From an uncultured Pseudohongiella sp. (lineage in GTDB: Bacteria > Pseudomonadota > Gammaproteobacteria > Pseudomonadales > Pseudohongiellaceae), in contig CAYFKD010000003.1 of the NCBI GenBank assembly GCA_964343795.1, positions 260,669 to 324,668 on the forward strand: DNA of 64,000 nt. The letters are read 5' to 3'. Positions 9,065-18,775 of this stretch are shown one piece after another. Position numbers and translations under genes: made by a program. The first letter of the stretch is position 1. The number at the start of each line of letters is the position of its first letter. Under the pieces are notes generated by a model. That model was not told the origin of the DNA. It saw nothing but the letters and a program-made list of their open reading frames with translations, and did no database searches.

Positions 9065-10482
9065 CTGAGCGTGGCGCCAACCCGGAGATCTTCATCGAAA
9101 AAGATCAAAGGGGTTTCTCCGGTGGCGGTGATGGATATGACCTGGCCACTGACGGACCAGTTGTCATTGAGAATGTAATCCAGCCCGACCAGTGCCAGCA
9201 GCGACTCGGCTTCCAGGTCTCCCTGCAGGGTGGAAGAAAGCACCAGGTCACCGTTCCTCATGCTGTTGCTGTAACGAATCAGCCAGCTTCCGAATACGCC
9301 TTCGTTGACCAGGGCCTGTCCCGGTTGCAGGCCCTGCTTTTCATCGAGTATTTTCTGGGCCTGGATGCCAAGGCTCATACTCTGTTCATTGTCGATGGCC
9401 CATTCGAATCCGAATGAGGTCCCGATCTGGTCTTTCTTCAGGTCAATTGGATTGGCCAGGGAAGATGCACCGGGAAAGTTAAAGCTGTTCTGCTGGATGT
9501 CATGACTGAACGCGAGATCGAAATTCAATAACACCCTTCCTATGGCCCGGTTGGCACTGAATCCCAAAAGGATAAAGTCATTTATTCTGGGAATACCGTC
9601 CTGAGACATGGGACTGGTGGGTGGATCCCAGCGCAGCTGATTTTCGTAGAGATAGGCCGCCATCACGGCAACATCGCTGCCTTCGAAGGTGCGCCGGTAC
9701 TGGGTGCCCACTTCCACCAGTACATCGTTATTGCGGTCATAGTCCAGCATGTGAAAGCCGGGATCGAAAAACAGGGGGCTGCCGCGCACGGGCGCCGGGT
9801 TAAATTCAGGATACAAATTAATAAAGGTGGACCATTGGCTGCGGTTCTCGCCAAAGAAATCCCACACCAGCATCCACTGGTTGAGGCGGGCGTCCTCGAT
9901 GTCGATGATGGTGAAATCCCGGAATTCATTGATATTGATGACGTCCAGTACCGAGTTGCCCACGGTCTCGCCCCAGACCACGGTCTGGCGGCCGAACTTG
10001 AGGCTGTGCTGACCGAAACTGCGCTGCACGAAGAATTCGTTAACCCGGGATTCCGTCTCGATGCTGTCACCGTTGGCCCGGTACTCGTAGTCTTCCTTCC
10101 AGTACACCCGTGACTGGGCGCTGGCCTGTAGTAACCAGCCGGCGGCAAAATTATTCTGGTAGCGCACATTAATGCCGAAGCGGTTGTTTTCGACTTCCGC
10201 TTCCCGGGGAAAGGAAAAACCGGGGGCGAGGTCCACGCCGTGATTGTTTACCTGGCCGAAAAACTGCTGGCTGAGCCGCACGGTAAATCCGTCCAGCCAG
10301 GAATCTTGTTCTTCTTCATCACCTGCAAAGGGATCTTCGAACAGGTCTTCCTCGAAACCAAAATCGATGTCGAAGTCGGTTACGTCATCCAGGCCCGGCT
10401 GGTCGTCGGGCTGGGCGTGGATAAGGGATAGAGGCAGGTGCAGACCAGTAATCAAAATGATCTGCGCGATAAACCTGGTCAT
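9052..10482 (-). CDS. Outer-membrane beta-barrel protein (DUF1302-like), third gene of the RND exporter cluster
   Basis: Signal peptide, acidic N-terminal stretch, alternating beta-strand pattern and a C-terminal aromatic residue (YSF). Confidence 0.55.
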   Translation of the reverse strand: MTRFIAQIILITGLHLPLSLIHAQPDDQPGLDDVTDFDIDFGFEEDLFEDPFAGDEEEQDSWLDGFTVRLSQQFFGQVNNHGVDLAPGFSFPREAEVENNRFGINVRYQNNFAAGWLLQASAQSRVYWKEDYEYRANGDSIETESRVNEFFVQRSFGQHSLKFGRQTVVWGETVGNSVLDVININEFRDFTIIDIEDARLNQWMLVWDFFGENRSQWSTFINLYPEFNPAPVRGSPLFFDPGFHMLDYDRNNDVLVEVGTQYRRTFEGSDVAVMAAYLYENQLRWDPPTSPMSQDGIPRINDFILLGFSANRAIGRVLLNFDLAFSHDIQQNSFNFPGASSLANPIDLKKDQIGTSFGFEWAIDNEQSMSLGIQAQKILDEKQGLQPGQALVNEGVFGSWLIRYSNSMRNGDLVLSSTLQGDLEAESLLALVGLDYILNDNWSVSGQVISITATGETPLIFFDEDLRVGATLSYSF

Positions 10483-10499
10483 GAGAAATCCGTCAGGTA

Positions 10500-11393
10500 C
10501 TAGTCTACCTGGGCGCGCAGTTGTTCCAGTTCGGTTTCACGGAACGCCACGTCGGTGAGGGTTCGCTGGGTGAGGAACTCATCTTCCACGTTGATGCCCA
10601 GGTGAATCTCCAGGATAGCCATGTTGGACAGGCGGTTGGTGACCAGGTTCATCATGGTAAGTGAGCGCGCCATCCAGACGTCGTTGATGTATTCGATGCG
10701 CGAGGCCAGCAAGCGTTTAATTTCGCGGTCGTACTGGTCATACATCTCAACCTTCAACGGTACGAAGCGCTCCTTGTCGATGTAATTCACGGTGCGTGAA
10801 TAGCGTGATTTACGGGCGCGTTCCTCGTTAGGGATCAATTCCACCTTCCAAACCTCGCGGCCGGCTTCGGTGGTTTCTTCCAGCAGGTTAATCTCGTATT
10901 CCTCCAGCTTGCCCGTGTCCTGGTCCTCGGTGGTGAACTCGGACCCGAAGATGGAGGCAGGCTCGGTGTCATCGTCCGAACTGCCACTGGCGATACGTTT
11001 TACCCGGCCGAGAGCGGACAGGTATAGCCAGGTTTCGTTGTCACGATCGCTGTCGTCATAGGCGTAGCTGAGCATGCCAATACCGCGCTCCGCCGCCGGC
11101 TCCAGGACAATGGCTATGCTCTTGGTGTCCTTCAGGTCGACGCCGTAATTCTTGCCCACGGACTCTATGGCTTTTACCCGGGGTCGTTCCGCACAGGTGA
11201 TGCGATTGTCCTTGACGCCAAAGCGGCAGGTGGAAAGTTGCATCCTGTTGAATGCCGAGTCGGTAGTAGCGCGCTGGTAGTCCTCCACCTTTTCCATGAT
11301 CTCGCGTCCGGAAAAGTTTTGCGCTGCTGCACTGAAAGACAGGCCCAGGATTGCGGCTACAAGAATGATATTCGTACTGCGCAGGGAAATCAT
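10500..11393 (-). CDS. LolA-like outer-membrane lipoprotein-sorting family protein
   Basis: 297 aa with a signal peptide. It is translationally coupled to the RND gene (4-nt overlap at 11390-11393), and that genomic pairing is typical. Confidence 0.6.
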   Translation of the reverse strand: MISLRSTNIILVAAILGLSFSAAAQNFSGREIMEKVEDYQRATTDSAFNRMQLSTCRFGVKDNRITCAERPRVKAIESVGKNYGVDLKDTKSIAIVLEPAAERGIGMLSYAYDDSDRDNETWLYLSALGRVKRIASGSSDDDTEPASIFGSEFTTEDQDTGKLEEYEINLLEETTEAGREVWKVELIPNEERARKSRYSRTVNYIDKERFVPLKVEMYDQYDREIKRLLASRIEYINDVWMARSLTMMNLVTNRLSNMAILEIHLGINVEDEFLTQRTLTDVAFRETELEQLRAQVD

Positions 11394-14143
11394 GCGGCAC
11401 TCTCCATGAAGGTAATTCGGGTATCGGCATCTTTCTGGCCGAAAGTAGGTTTGAAGATCATTATCATGGCGGGAATCAGGAACAAATCACACAGCAATGC
11501 GACGAATATGGCCGCGGAGCCGAAGAATCCCATTTTCGCCATGCCCAGGTAATCGGAGAAGCTGAGAAGGGCGAAACCCAGGCCCAACACCATGGTGGTA
11601 AACATGACAGCCTGGCCCACATCGCGGATGGTGGATTTCAATGCTTCGCTGATGCTGCCGGTACGAATCAGGTCCACCCGGTAGTGGGTCATGAAATGAA
11701 TGGTGTCGTCCACCGCGATACCGATGATCAATGGGGCGATCAGCAGGGTGTCCGTGTCCAGCGGTATGCCCAGCAGGCCCATCAGGCCAAAGCTCAGCAT
11801 GGCGGGAATCATGTTGGGGATCATTGCCATGACACCACCCTGGAGGGAACCCAGGGTGATTACCATGATGATGCTGATCACGCCAATGGCGAGAGCGAAG
11901 CTGTTGAACTGGGAGTTGGCCACTTCATCGGCCATGCGCATGAGCAGCGCCATGGAGCCGGTGAGGTATACGTCCAGCTCCGGGAACTCTGCTTCCAGCG
12001 GACCGAAAATTTCCTCGATGTCTTCTCCAATCTCATCGAAAAATACCTGGTACTCGTATGACCCGGCGTTATAGACATTCAGGGAAATGTGGGAACGGCT
12101 GTAATCATCTGAAACCAGTGCACGGCGATCTTCCGGGTTGGCACTGTTGAACAGGTATAACAGTTGGGATATCAGTTGCTGGTCATCTGGCACGCGGTAA
12201 AACGACGGATCGTCGTCGTTCATTATTTCGTAGGTATCCTTGACGATATTGGCCAGGGAATTTGTGCGGGAAACCTGGTCGCCATACTCCGTTTCGATAT
12301 GATTCTGCATGGTGTCCACCGCCTGCAACAGGCGCGGGTTGAGCATGCCGTCGATGGTCTTGGTATCGATCATGATGACCATGGACATGGCACCAGCCAT
12401 GTTGTCGTCCACGATCTCATAGGCCTGCCGCATGGGATTGTCCTCGCGCAGCAGCTCGGTCATGTTGGTGTCTATGCGAATCAGGGTGGTGCCGTAGGCG
12501 CAGATACCCAGGGTGCCGAAGAAAATAATCACGATCAGTGAAGGCCGCTTGGCCACGATATAGGGCACGAAACTGAGAATCTGTTTCTGCCAGTTCACCA
12601 CCACGTAGGTAAGGAACGATATCAGCGTGATGTAGGTGCCTACCCACAACCCTAGCAGGGCATACACCAGAGTAAAGTACACAACGGCGATGGTGAGCTG
12701 TTTACCGACGTAGAGATTGGTCCACCAGATTCCCAGCCTGTCCGCCCAGGTCGCATCTTCGGCGCCGGGTTTTCCGGGATGCCACACATCCAGCAGGATC
12801 GGCAGCAGGATGATGGTGAAAAACAGCGCCATGAATACACCGAAGGCAGACATCAGGCCAAACACGTAAATCGGTTGCAGGTTGGATGTAGTAAGCGCCA
12901 AAACACCACACATGGTGGTTATGGTGGTAACAAGGATGGCCAGGCCTGTCTTGCCATAGGACAGTGATAATGCCTTGTAGTGTTCTTCCCCTTTTCGCCG
13001 AAAAGAGAAATAGGCGCTCATGACATGTACGCAGTCGGCGATGCCCACGGCGAATACCAGCAGCACCGTGAGTGAAATCATCTGTGACACGGTGACGCCG
13101 AGCCATACTGTAATACCCCAGGTCCAGGCCATACTGGCGGCAATGGTGACCATGGGCCATACCACGGCGCTGAAAGAGCGGAATAAAATCCACAGCAGCA
13201 AGGTGAAAATCATCACCATGAGGATGCCCAGGTTCTGCAATTGCAGGAGCATGTCCATCATGAATTCCATCATGGGCGGATTGCCCACGGGATAGAATTC
13301 GAACTGGTCGGAATAGCTTTCGTAAATTGCCTTGGTGGCGATGTGGAAGGCGGTATAGCCGAGCATGTCCGTAGGCTGAAAATCGATTTCCTGGATTTCG
13401 GCGGATTCGTCAAAATCCAGCTCCAGGATGTTGCCGGCGGCGCTGTCTTCGAATGCCGCGAAATCGAGAAAGCTGTCGTCAAGGACCACATCGGCGGCAT
13501 CCACCACGGGCACGTAGTCTTCAACCGGTTGGGCGCCGAAGTCGGTCTGGATCATCATGGCGCCGTAGCGGCCATCGGGAGAGTAAAAGGCCAGCAGGTA
13601 ATCTTCCTGTGACAGGGCACGGGCTTTGATCTCGGCCAGTTCTTCGTCGGACTCGGGTAATTCCGCCGGCACCAGGCGGTTGGAGAGCAGGGAATCTCCT
13701 ACGTTTTCCTGGAATCGCACATTGGCAATGGATTGCACCCGGCGAACGTGGTTCAGCTCATTGAAGTCCAGTTCAATACCGTTGATTTCTTCCGGGTAGT
13801 CCGCCGGGTCCAGCTCCTGCCAGAAGCGCAGGTCGTTGGTGAGATTCTGGATGGCTGTAAGTGACTCCCGCGAGAACACATCGCCGTCTTTGGCGCGGTA
13901 GACGAGGAACACGGAATCGTCGCTGCCAAACTGGCGGCGGAACTCATTCAATGCGGACATGGCTGGATCGGACTGATCCAGGAAACTGTCCGTGGTCATG
14001 TCCAGTTCGGTACGGGTGAAGATGCCGTACACCATCATGGCGGTTAGCACGAACAGGCCCGTCAGCACGAAACTCTTGAATTTCAGTACTTTATAGGGGG
14101 CTTGCGCGAAGATGTCGCTGAGCTGGACGAGATATTTATCCAT
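11390..14143 (-). CDS. RND superfamily exporter (MMPL/HAE3-like, 12 TM, two large periplasmic loops)
   Basis: 917 aa with a duplicated 6-TM architecture and large soluble loops. Confidence 0.8.
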   Translation of the reverse strand: MDKYLVQLSDIFAQAPYKVLKFKSFVLTGLFVLTAMMVYGIFTRTELDMTTDSFLDQSDPAMSALNEFRRQFGSDDSVFLVYRAKDGDVFSRESLTAIQNLTNDLRFWQELDPADYPEEINGIELDFNELNHVRRVQSIANVRFQENVGDSLLSNRLVPAELPESDEELAEIKARALSQEDYLLAFYSPDGRYGAMMIQTDFGAQPVEDYVPVVDAADVVLDDSFLDFAAFEDSAAGNILELDFDESAEIQEIDFQPTDMLGYTAFHIATKAIYESYSDQFEFYPVGNPPMMEFMMDMLLQLQNLGILMVMIFTLLLWILFRSFSAVVWPMVTIAASMAWTWGITVWLGVTVSQMISLTVLLVFAVGIADCVHVMSAYFSFRRKGEEHYKALSLSYGKTGLAILVTTITTMCGVLALTTSNLQPIYVFGLMSAFGVFMALFFTIILLPILLDVWHPGKPGAEDATWADRLGIWWTNLYVGKQLTIAVVYFTLVYALLGLWVGTYITLISFLTYVVVNWQKQILSFVPYIVAKRPSLIVIIFFGTLGICAYGTTLIRIDTNMTELLREDNPMRQAYEIVDDNMAGAMSMVIMIDTKTIDGMLNPRLLQAVDTMQNHIETEYGDQVSRTNSLANIVKDTYEIMNDDDPSFYRVPDDQQLISQLLYLFNSANPEDRRALVSDDYSRSHISLNVYNAGSYEYQVFFDEIGEDIEEIFGPLEAEFPELDVYLTGSMALLMRMADEVANSQFNSFALAIGVISIIMVITLGSLQGGVMAMIPNMIPAMLSFGLMGLLGIPLDTDTLLIAPLIIGIAVDDTIHFMTHYRVDLIRTGSISEALKSTIRDVGQAVMFTTMVLGLGFALLSFSDYLGMAKMGFFGSAAIFVALLCDLFLIPAMIMIFKPTFGQKDADTRITFMESAA

Positions 14144-14293
14144 GGTTTTTGCCTACTGAGGGAAGCGGACTGCCGGCAAGAAATAACCAGAGAGCGCCAT
14201 TATATAGAAGCCGCGGGTTTTTCTCAGGTTTGATCCTGCCGCGATCACTGAAAAGGTCGCGGCGAATCGCACATCGGTTCATTACTATGCTCT

Positions 14294-14941
14294 TCATTCC
14301 TCCAGCTCCCGCTCGTATTTGAAGTAGTAGTAAATTGAGTAGATGGCTGCGATAACAAGTGGTGCCAGGGTCAGAGCGAGTGTTATGCCCAGGTTGCTGT
14401 AGATCGTATTGGTAACCAGCAGCACCATTCCGCACACAACGGCCAGCTGGCCCGCGAGGCGATGGGTTACTTTCCAGTTGGAAATCGAGTTTATTGTCCA
14501 GGGCAGGCGCAGGCCAATAAAGAAATTGCGCTCGGTTTTGCCAAATACATTGCCAACGATAATGAGGAATGCGGCCAATCCGTAAGACAGGTAGCGTACG
14601 AAAACGTCGAACGAGCCATTGTTATTCAGCAAGGCATAATGCAGGAAACACAGCATGATGCCTGTACCGAATATAAAAATATCCAGGGCCCGGCGGCTGT
14701 TTTGCATGGAAAACTTTTGCGGAGAGATATGTGCAAGAAAATTTATTGAAGCAATCAAGCCAAGGAATATTGCCGGAAGCAAAACAACTGCCAGGGATTT
14801 GGACATTGTGCCCTGCGGCACACCGTCCATGTCGAAATCGGTTGGGAGTTGGGCAGGCAAATCTTCATACAACAATATGCTCATCAAAATCATTACCAGC
14901 AGTGAGACAAAACTGAGCAGGTTGGCTTTCAGGAAATTCAT
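14294..14941 (-). CDS. SdpI/YhfL-family membrane protein
   Basis: 215-aa multi-TM protein. It overlaps the upstream SdpR-like repressor gene by 4 nt. Confidence 0.6.
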   Translation of the reverse strand: MNFLKANLLSFVSLLVMILMSILLYEDLPAQLPTDFDMDGVPQGTMSKSLAVVLLPAIFLGLIASINFLAHISPQKFSMQNSRRALDIFIFGTGIMLCFLHYALLNNNGSFDVFVRYLSYGLAAFLIIVGNVFGKTERNFFIGLRLPWTINSISNWKVTHRLAGQLAVVCGMVLLVTNTIYSNLGITLALTLAPLVIAAIYSIYYYFKYERELEE

Positions 14942-15231
14942 TTTTTCTGCTCCTTACGATCCTGGAAGAAGCCCATCACGAACTGCGCTGCATCGTCGAA
15001 CACACTGGTATTTATGGTGTAGTAGATGCTCTGTCCGCGGCGGGTGGTTTGTACCAGGTCGGCCGCTTTTAGCTTGTTCAGGTGATGGGACATGGAGGGG
15101 CCACTGATCTCGAAATGCTCGCCGAGTTCGCCGGCAGACATCTCGCCCTTCTTTAGCAGGTCGAGTATCTGGCGGCGGGTCGGATCCGCTATGGCTTCGA
15201 GAACTTCTTGCATGGTCACTCCTTTAGACAT
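14938..15231 (-). CDS. ArsR-family transcriptional repressor, SdpR-like
   Basis: 97 aa with a winged HTH (ADPTRRQILDLL, SMSHHLNKLKAADLV). Confidence 0.8.
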   Translation of the reverse strand: MSKGVTMQEVLEAIADPTRRQILDLLKKGEMSAGELGEHFEISGPSMSHHLNKLKAADLVQTTRRGQSIYYTINTSVFDDAAQFVMGFFQDRKEQKK

Positions 15232-15309
15232 TTAGAAAATTATCTAAATATCTAAGGATTGTCAACACTTGTGTGCAAGTTGTTATAAAAGTCTTTTTAA
15301 TTCAGCGGC

Positions 15310-15645
15310 TTAGGGGCAGGAATAGACGCTGAAGGACTGGCCCCCGTCGGTGATTACAGAGTCCGGGACGATGGTATTTCCACCCATGCGGCCGGCTTCG
15401 TTGCGGGCCAGGATCAATATTTCTTCCTGGACGGCCTCGCTGCTGCGGTCAACTACGGCGACCCGGCTGCGGGTTTGGGCCGTGGCCCGGCCCAGGCGCT
15501 GGCAGTTGTTTACCTGGCCGACTTCCGCCAAGCGCACGCCTTCACCTTCATTGGTGAGCCTCACCCAGGCACAAGCTGTAAGCGTTGTTGCCGCAACCGA
15601 GGCAAGCAGGAATCTGAAGATCATGGGTGAATTGTGCTTGTTCAT
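15310..15645 (-). CDS. DUF4156-like small lipoprotein
   Basis: Lipobox LTAC. I take the start at MNKH (15645), preceded by GGAG. Confidence 0.6.
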   Translation of the reverse strand: MNKHNSPMIFRFLLASVAATTLTACAWVRLTNEGEGVRLAEVGQVNNCQRLGRATAQTRSRVAVVDRSSEAVQEEILILARNEAGRMGGNTIVPDSVITDGGQSFSVYSCP

Positions 15646-15776
15646 GGGAAACTCCAAAAGTTACTGAAGGCCGGTTAATCGGGGCGCTCTCGGGATTCTA
15701 GCAGTATCGTCGCTGCGCATTACAGGGAAATTACTGTGCTACTATCACGCCTCCCCGTCCTTCCGCCGTTTGCTTC

Positions 15777-17174
15777 ATGAATTCTGCGTTGTCTCCACAA
15801 TTAATCAATGACCTGAAACAAATTGTTGGCAGTTCCGGGTATCGGGAGGGGGACGACCTGGATGACAGGCACTACAAAGACCTCATGGGATACCGTGCGT
15901 TCAGGCCCGAGATTTTGCTGCGCCCGAAAACTACGGAAGAAGTTTCGCGAATCCTGAAATGCTGTTACGACGCCGGTCAACCGGTCGCACCCCAGGGTGG
16001 CATGACCGGACTGGTGGCCGGCGCCGCACCTCTCGAAGGCGAGATTGCCCTCAGCCTGGAACGGATGAAACAGGTGGTGGAAGTCGATCCGTTAACCAGC
16101 ACCATGACCGTGGAAGCCGGTGTGCCGCTTCAGGCGATCCAGGAGCAGGCCGATGCCCATGGCCTGTTGTTTCCGTTGGACCTGGGTGCGCGGGGCAGCT
16201 GCACCATCGGCGGCAATCTCTCTACCAATGCCGGGGGCAACCGGGTGATTCGTTACGGCATGATCCGGGACCTGGTTATCGGGGTGGAAGCGGTGCTGGC
16301 GGACGGTACCGTAATTGATGGCTTGCACAAGCTGCGCAAAAACAATACCGGTTACGACCTCAAGCAACTGTTCATCGGCAGCGAGGGCACCCTGGGCATA
16401 ATTACCCGGGCGGTGCTGAAGCTTTCCCCCAAACCCGCCAGCCAGGGGCTGGCCATGTGTGCGGTAACGAATTTTGACCAGGTGGCGAAACTCCTGGTTC
16501 ATGCCCAGGCAACGCTCGGTGCCAACCTCACGGCCTTCGAGGTGATCTGGCAGAACCAGTACCAGCTCATCAAGTCCCATGTCAGCCACGTCACTGCGCC
16601 CCTGCCGGACAATCATGGATTCTATGTGCTCGTCGAGAGCATGGGATCAAACCCGGCAAGGGATTCGGAGTTATTCCTGCAGGTGTTGCAACAGGCCAGC
16701 GAGCAAGAACTGGTTGAAGACGTCGTGGTTGCAGAATCAGACAGTAAGATCAGGGATTTGTGGGCGGTGCGGGACTGTGCCGTGGAAGTGAGTTCCGGCG
16801 TGGGCTATATGCATGCCTATGATGTCAGCTTAAACGTTTCCGACATGGGGTATTTCGGAGAAGAAGTTGAACGCCGGCTTCGTGCACAATGGCCAGAGTC
16901 CGTACTGGGTCTGTTTGGACACATCGGCGATGGCAACGTTCACATCGTGATACACACCGGTCCCGACACCCGGGATCATCACCTGGCCATTGATGAAGTT
17001 ATCTACGGTCTGATCCAGGAATTGCACGGATCGGTTTCCGCTGAACATGGTATCGGCATCATGAAAAAACAGTTCCTGCCCTACAGCCGCAGCGACGCTG
17101 AGATTGAATTGATGAAGCGCCTCAAGTCCACAATGGATCCCAGGGGCATTCTCAACCCGAATCGAATTTTTTAG
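15777..17174 (+). CDS. FAD-linked oxidase (GlcD / D-2-hydroxyacid dehydrogenase family)
   Basis: 465 aa with an FAD-binding PCMH-type N-terminal domain and a C-terminal HGIG motif. Confidence 0.85.
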   Translation: MNSALSPQLINDLKQIVGSSGYREGDDLDDRHYKDLMGYRAFRPEILLRPKTTEEVSRILKCCYDAGQPVAPQGGMTGLVAGAAPLEGEIALSLERMKQVVEVDPLTSTMTVEAGVPLQAIQEQADAHGLLFPLDLGARGSCTIGGNLSTNAGGNRVIRYGMIRDLVIGVEAVLADGTVIDGLHKLRKNNTGYDLKQLFIGSEGTLGIITRAVLKLSPKPASQGLAMCAVTNFDQVAKLLVHAQATLGANLTAFEVIWQNQYQLIKSHVSHVTAPLPDNHGFYVLVESMGSNPARDSELFLQVLQQASEQELVEDVVVAESDSKIRDLWAVRDCAVEVSSGVGYMHAYDVSLNVSDMGYFGEEVERRLRAQWPESVLGLFGHIGDGNVHIVIHTGPDTRDHHLAIDEVIYGLIQELHGSVSAEHGIGIMKKQFLPYSRSDAEIELMKRLKSTMDPRGILNPNRIF

Positions 17175-17206
17175 CTATATAGAAAGACAATAGAAGGGAG
17201 CTTGAT

Positions 17207-17923
17207 ATGAGCAATAACCTGGAAGGTAAAAATGTGGTCATTATCGGTGGCACCGCGGGTATCGGCCTTGCTGCCGCTGTCTCCGCTGCCGGGGCCGGCG
17301 CAAAGGTTTGGGCGGCAGGCCGCAGCGAAAAACACATGGAACAGGCCAGGGCCGCCGGGGGCTTCGACGTGAGACAGGCGGATACCCATGACGAGGATGC
17401 GCTAAAGGCCATCTTCGAAGAAGTAGGCACAATCGATCACCTGGTATCCGCCGCGGTAGGTGGTGAGCGTACCCTGAAACCATTCCTGGAACAGACCCAG
17501 GAACAATTCCAGGCGGCTTATGACAAGTTGTGGGGTTACTGCAAGGTTGTTCGAACCGGTGCGCCATATTTAGCGCAGGATGGGTCTATAACGCTGGTTA
17601 GCGGATCACCGGCGCGCAAGATCAAGCCGGCGCAGTCGCCTTTAAGTTGTGTGGGCGCCTCGGTGGAAAACCTGGCGCGCTGCCTCGCGGTTGAAATGGC
17701 GCCCATCCGGGTCAACATTGTCAGCCCGGGAACTGTGGACACCGCCATGTTTGACTGGATGGGGGATGAGAAAGCAGAGAAGCTGAAGGGAATGACTGCC
17801 ACGCATCTTATAAAGCGAGCCGGTAAACCTCAAGAAGTTGCAGAAGGAATCTTATTCGTAATGAATAATTCTTTCGTTACCGGAACAACAGTTGACGTGG
17901 ACGGCGGCAGGATTCTTTCATAG
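17207..17923 (+). CDS. Short-chain dehydrogenase/reductase (SDR)
   Basis: 238 aa with the N-terminal Rossmann motif IIGGTAGIG. Confidence 0.85.
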   Translation: MSNNLEGKNVVIIGGTAGIGLAAAVSAAGAGAKVWAAGRSEKHMEQARAAGGFDVRQADTHDEDALKAIFEEVGTIDHLVSAAVGGERTLKPFLEQTQEQFQAAYDKLWGYCKVVRTGAPYLAQDGSITLVSGSPARKIKPAQSPLSCVGASVENLARCLAVEMAPIRVNIVSPGTVDTAMFDWMGDEKAEKLKGMTATHLIKRAGKPQEVAEGILFVMNNSFVTGTTVDVDGGRILS

Positions 17924-17938
17924 TCCTCGCAATTGGTT

Positions 17939-18030
17939 TTTGTGCCTTTTGTGCTTTTTGTGGTTATTCATGCGGTCTTGTGGAAACCACAAAAGTTTTA
18001 AATGGCCACAAAAAGCACAAAAGGCACAAA
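17939..18030. repeat. CACAAA-rich palindromic intergenic element, copy 1
   Basis: Perfect 25-bp inverted arms: TTTGTGCCTTTTGTGCTTTTTGTGG (17939-17963) and its reverse complement (18006-18030). An inner GTGG-aaa-CCAC hairpin lies between them. Confidence 0.9.
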
Positions 18031-18064
18031 GGTTAGAAAGGTATTTTTGGAGCAAGTGTTGAAA

Positions 18065-18760
18065 ATGGAAGATTCTGTGGTGAAAGACCCGGATATGGGT
18101 TTGATTGAAGCGATCTACCAGAGAAGATCGGTTCGGGGATACCTGGACAAGCAAGTACCCCAGGATGTGCTCGATCGCATTTTTGAGATTGCCCAGCAGG
18201 CACCATCCAACTGCAACGTTCAACCCTGGCAGGTGTACGTGGCCTCGGGTGGACTGAAAGATCGATTGAGCCGGCAGATGCTCGACAATACCGTCAACGG
18301 CGTCGAGCCGAATCCGGATTATGAATACCGGGGTGATTTCGAGGATGAACACCGTCGCCGCCAGGTCGAGTGCGCCGTAGCCCTATATTCCAAGATGGGC
18401 ATCGAGCGGGGCGATAAAGAGGGCCGCATTCGAGCGGTGCTGCGGAATTTTGAATATTTCGATGCGCCCCATATGGCGTTTATTGGCATGAATCCCCGAT
18501 TCGGTACCACGGTTGCCATCGATGTAGGAATGTTCGCCCAGACCCTGATGCTGACCATGGTTGCTTTCGGGCTACACAGTTGCCCTATGGGAACCATGCG
18601 AAATTTTCCCGATTTGGTCCGGGATGCATTTGCTATCGAGGACGGCACTAAAATACTATTTGGCATTGCATTCGGATATGAAGACATGGATGTGCCGGCG
18701 AACCAGTGCCGCACAGTCCGGGATCCGATATCCGCTAACGTGGTTTTCAAATCGGAATAG
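18065..18760 (+). CDS. Nitroreductase family protein
   Basis: RRSVRGY motif near the N-terminus. I moved the start to 18065 because the listed 18002 start translates the palindromic repeat. Confidence 0.8.
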   Translation: MEDSVVKDPDMGLIEAIYQRRSVRGYLDKQVPQDVLDRIFEIAQQAPSNCNVQPWQVYVASGGLKDRLSRQMLDNTVNGVEPNPDYEYRGDFEDEHRRRQVECAVALYSKMGIERGDKEGRIRAVLRNFEYFDAPHMAFIGMNPRFGTTVAIDVGMFAQTLMLTMVAFGLHSCPMGTMRNFPDLVRDAFAIEDGTKILFGIAFGYEDMDVPANQCRTVRDPISANVVFKSE

Positions 18761-18775
18761 ATCAAGCGCTCGCTC

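Noticed and set aside
18002-18064. The nitroreductase ORF could have an N-terminal extension (MATKSTKGTKVRK...).
   Set aside because: This stretch is the translation of the right arm of the CACAAA palindromic repeat, so I moved the start downstream.
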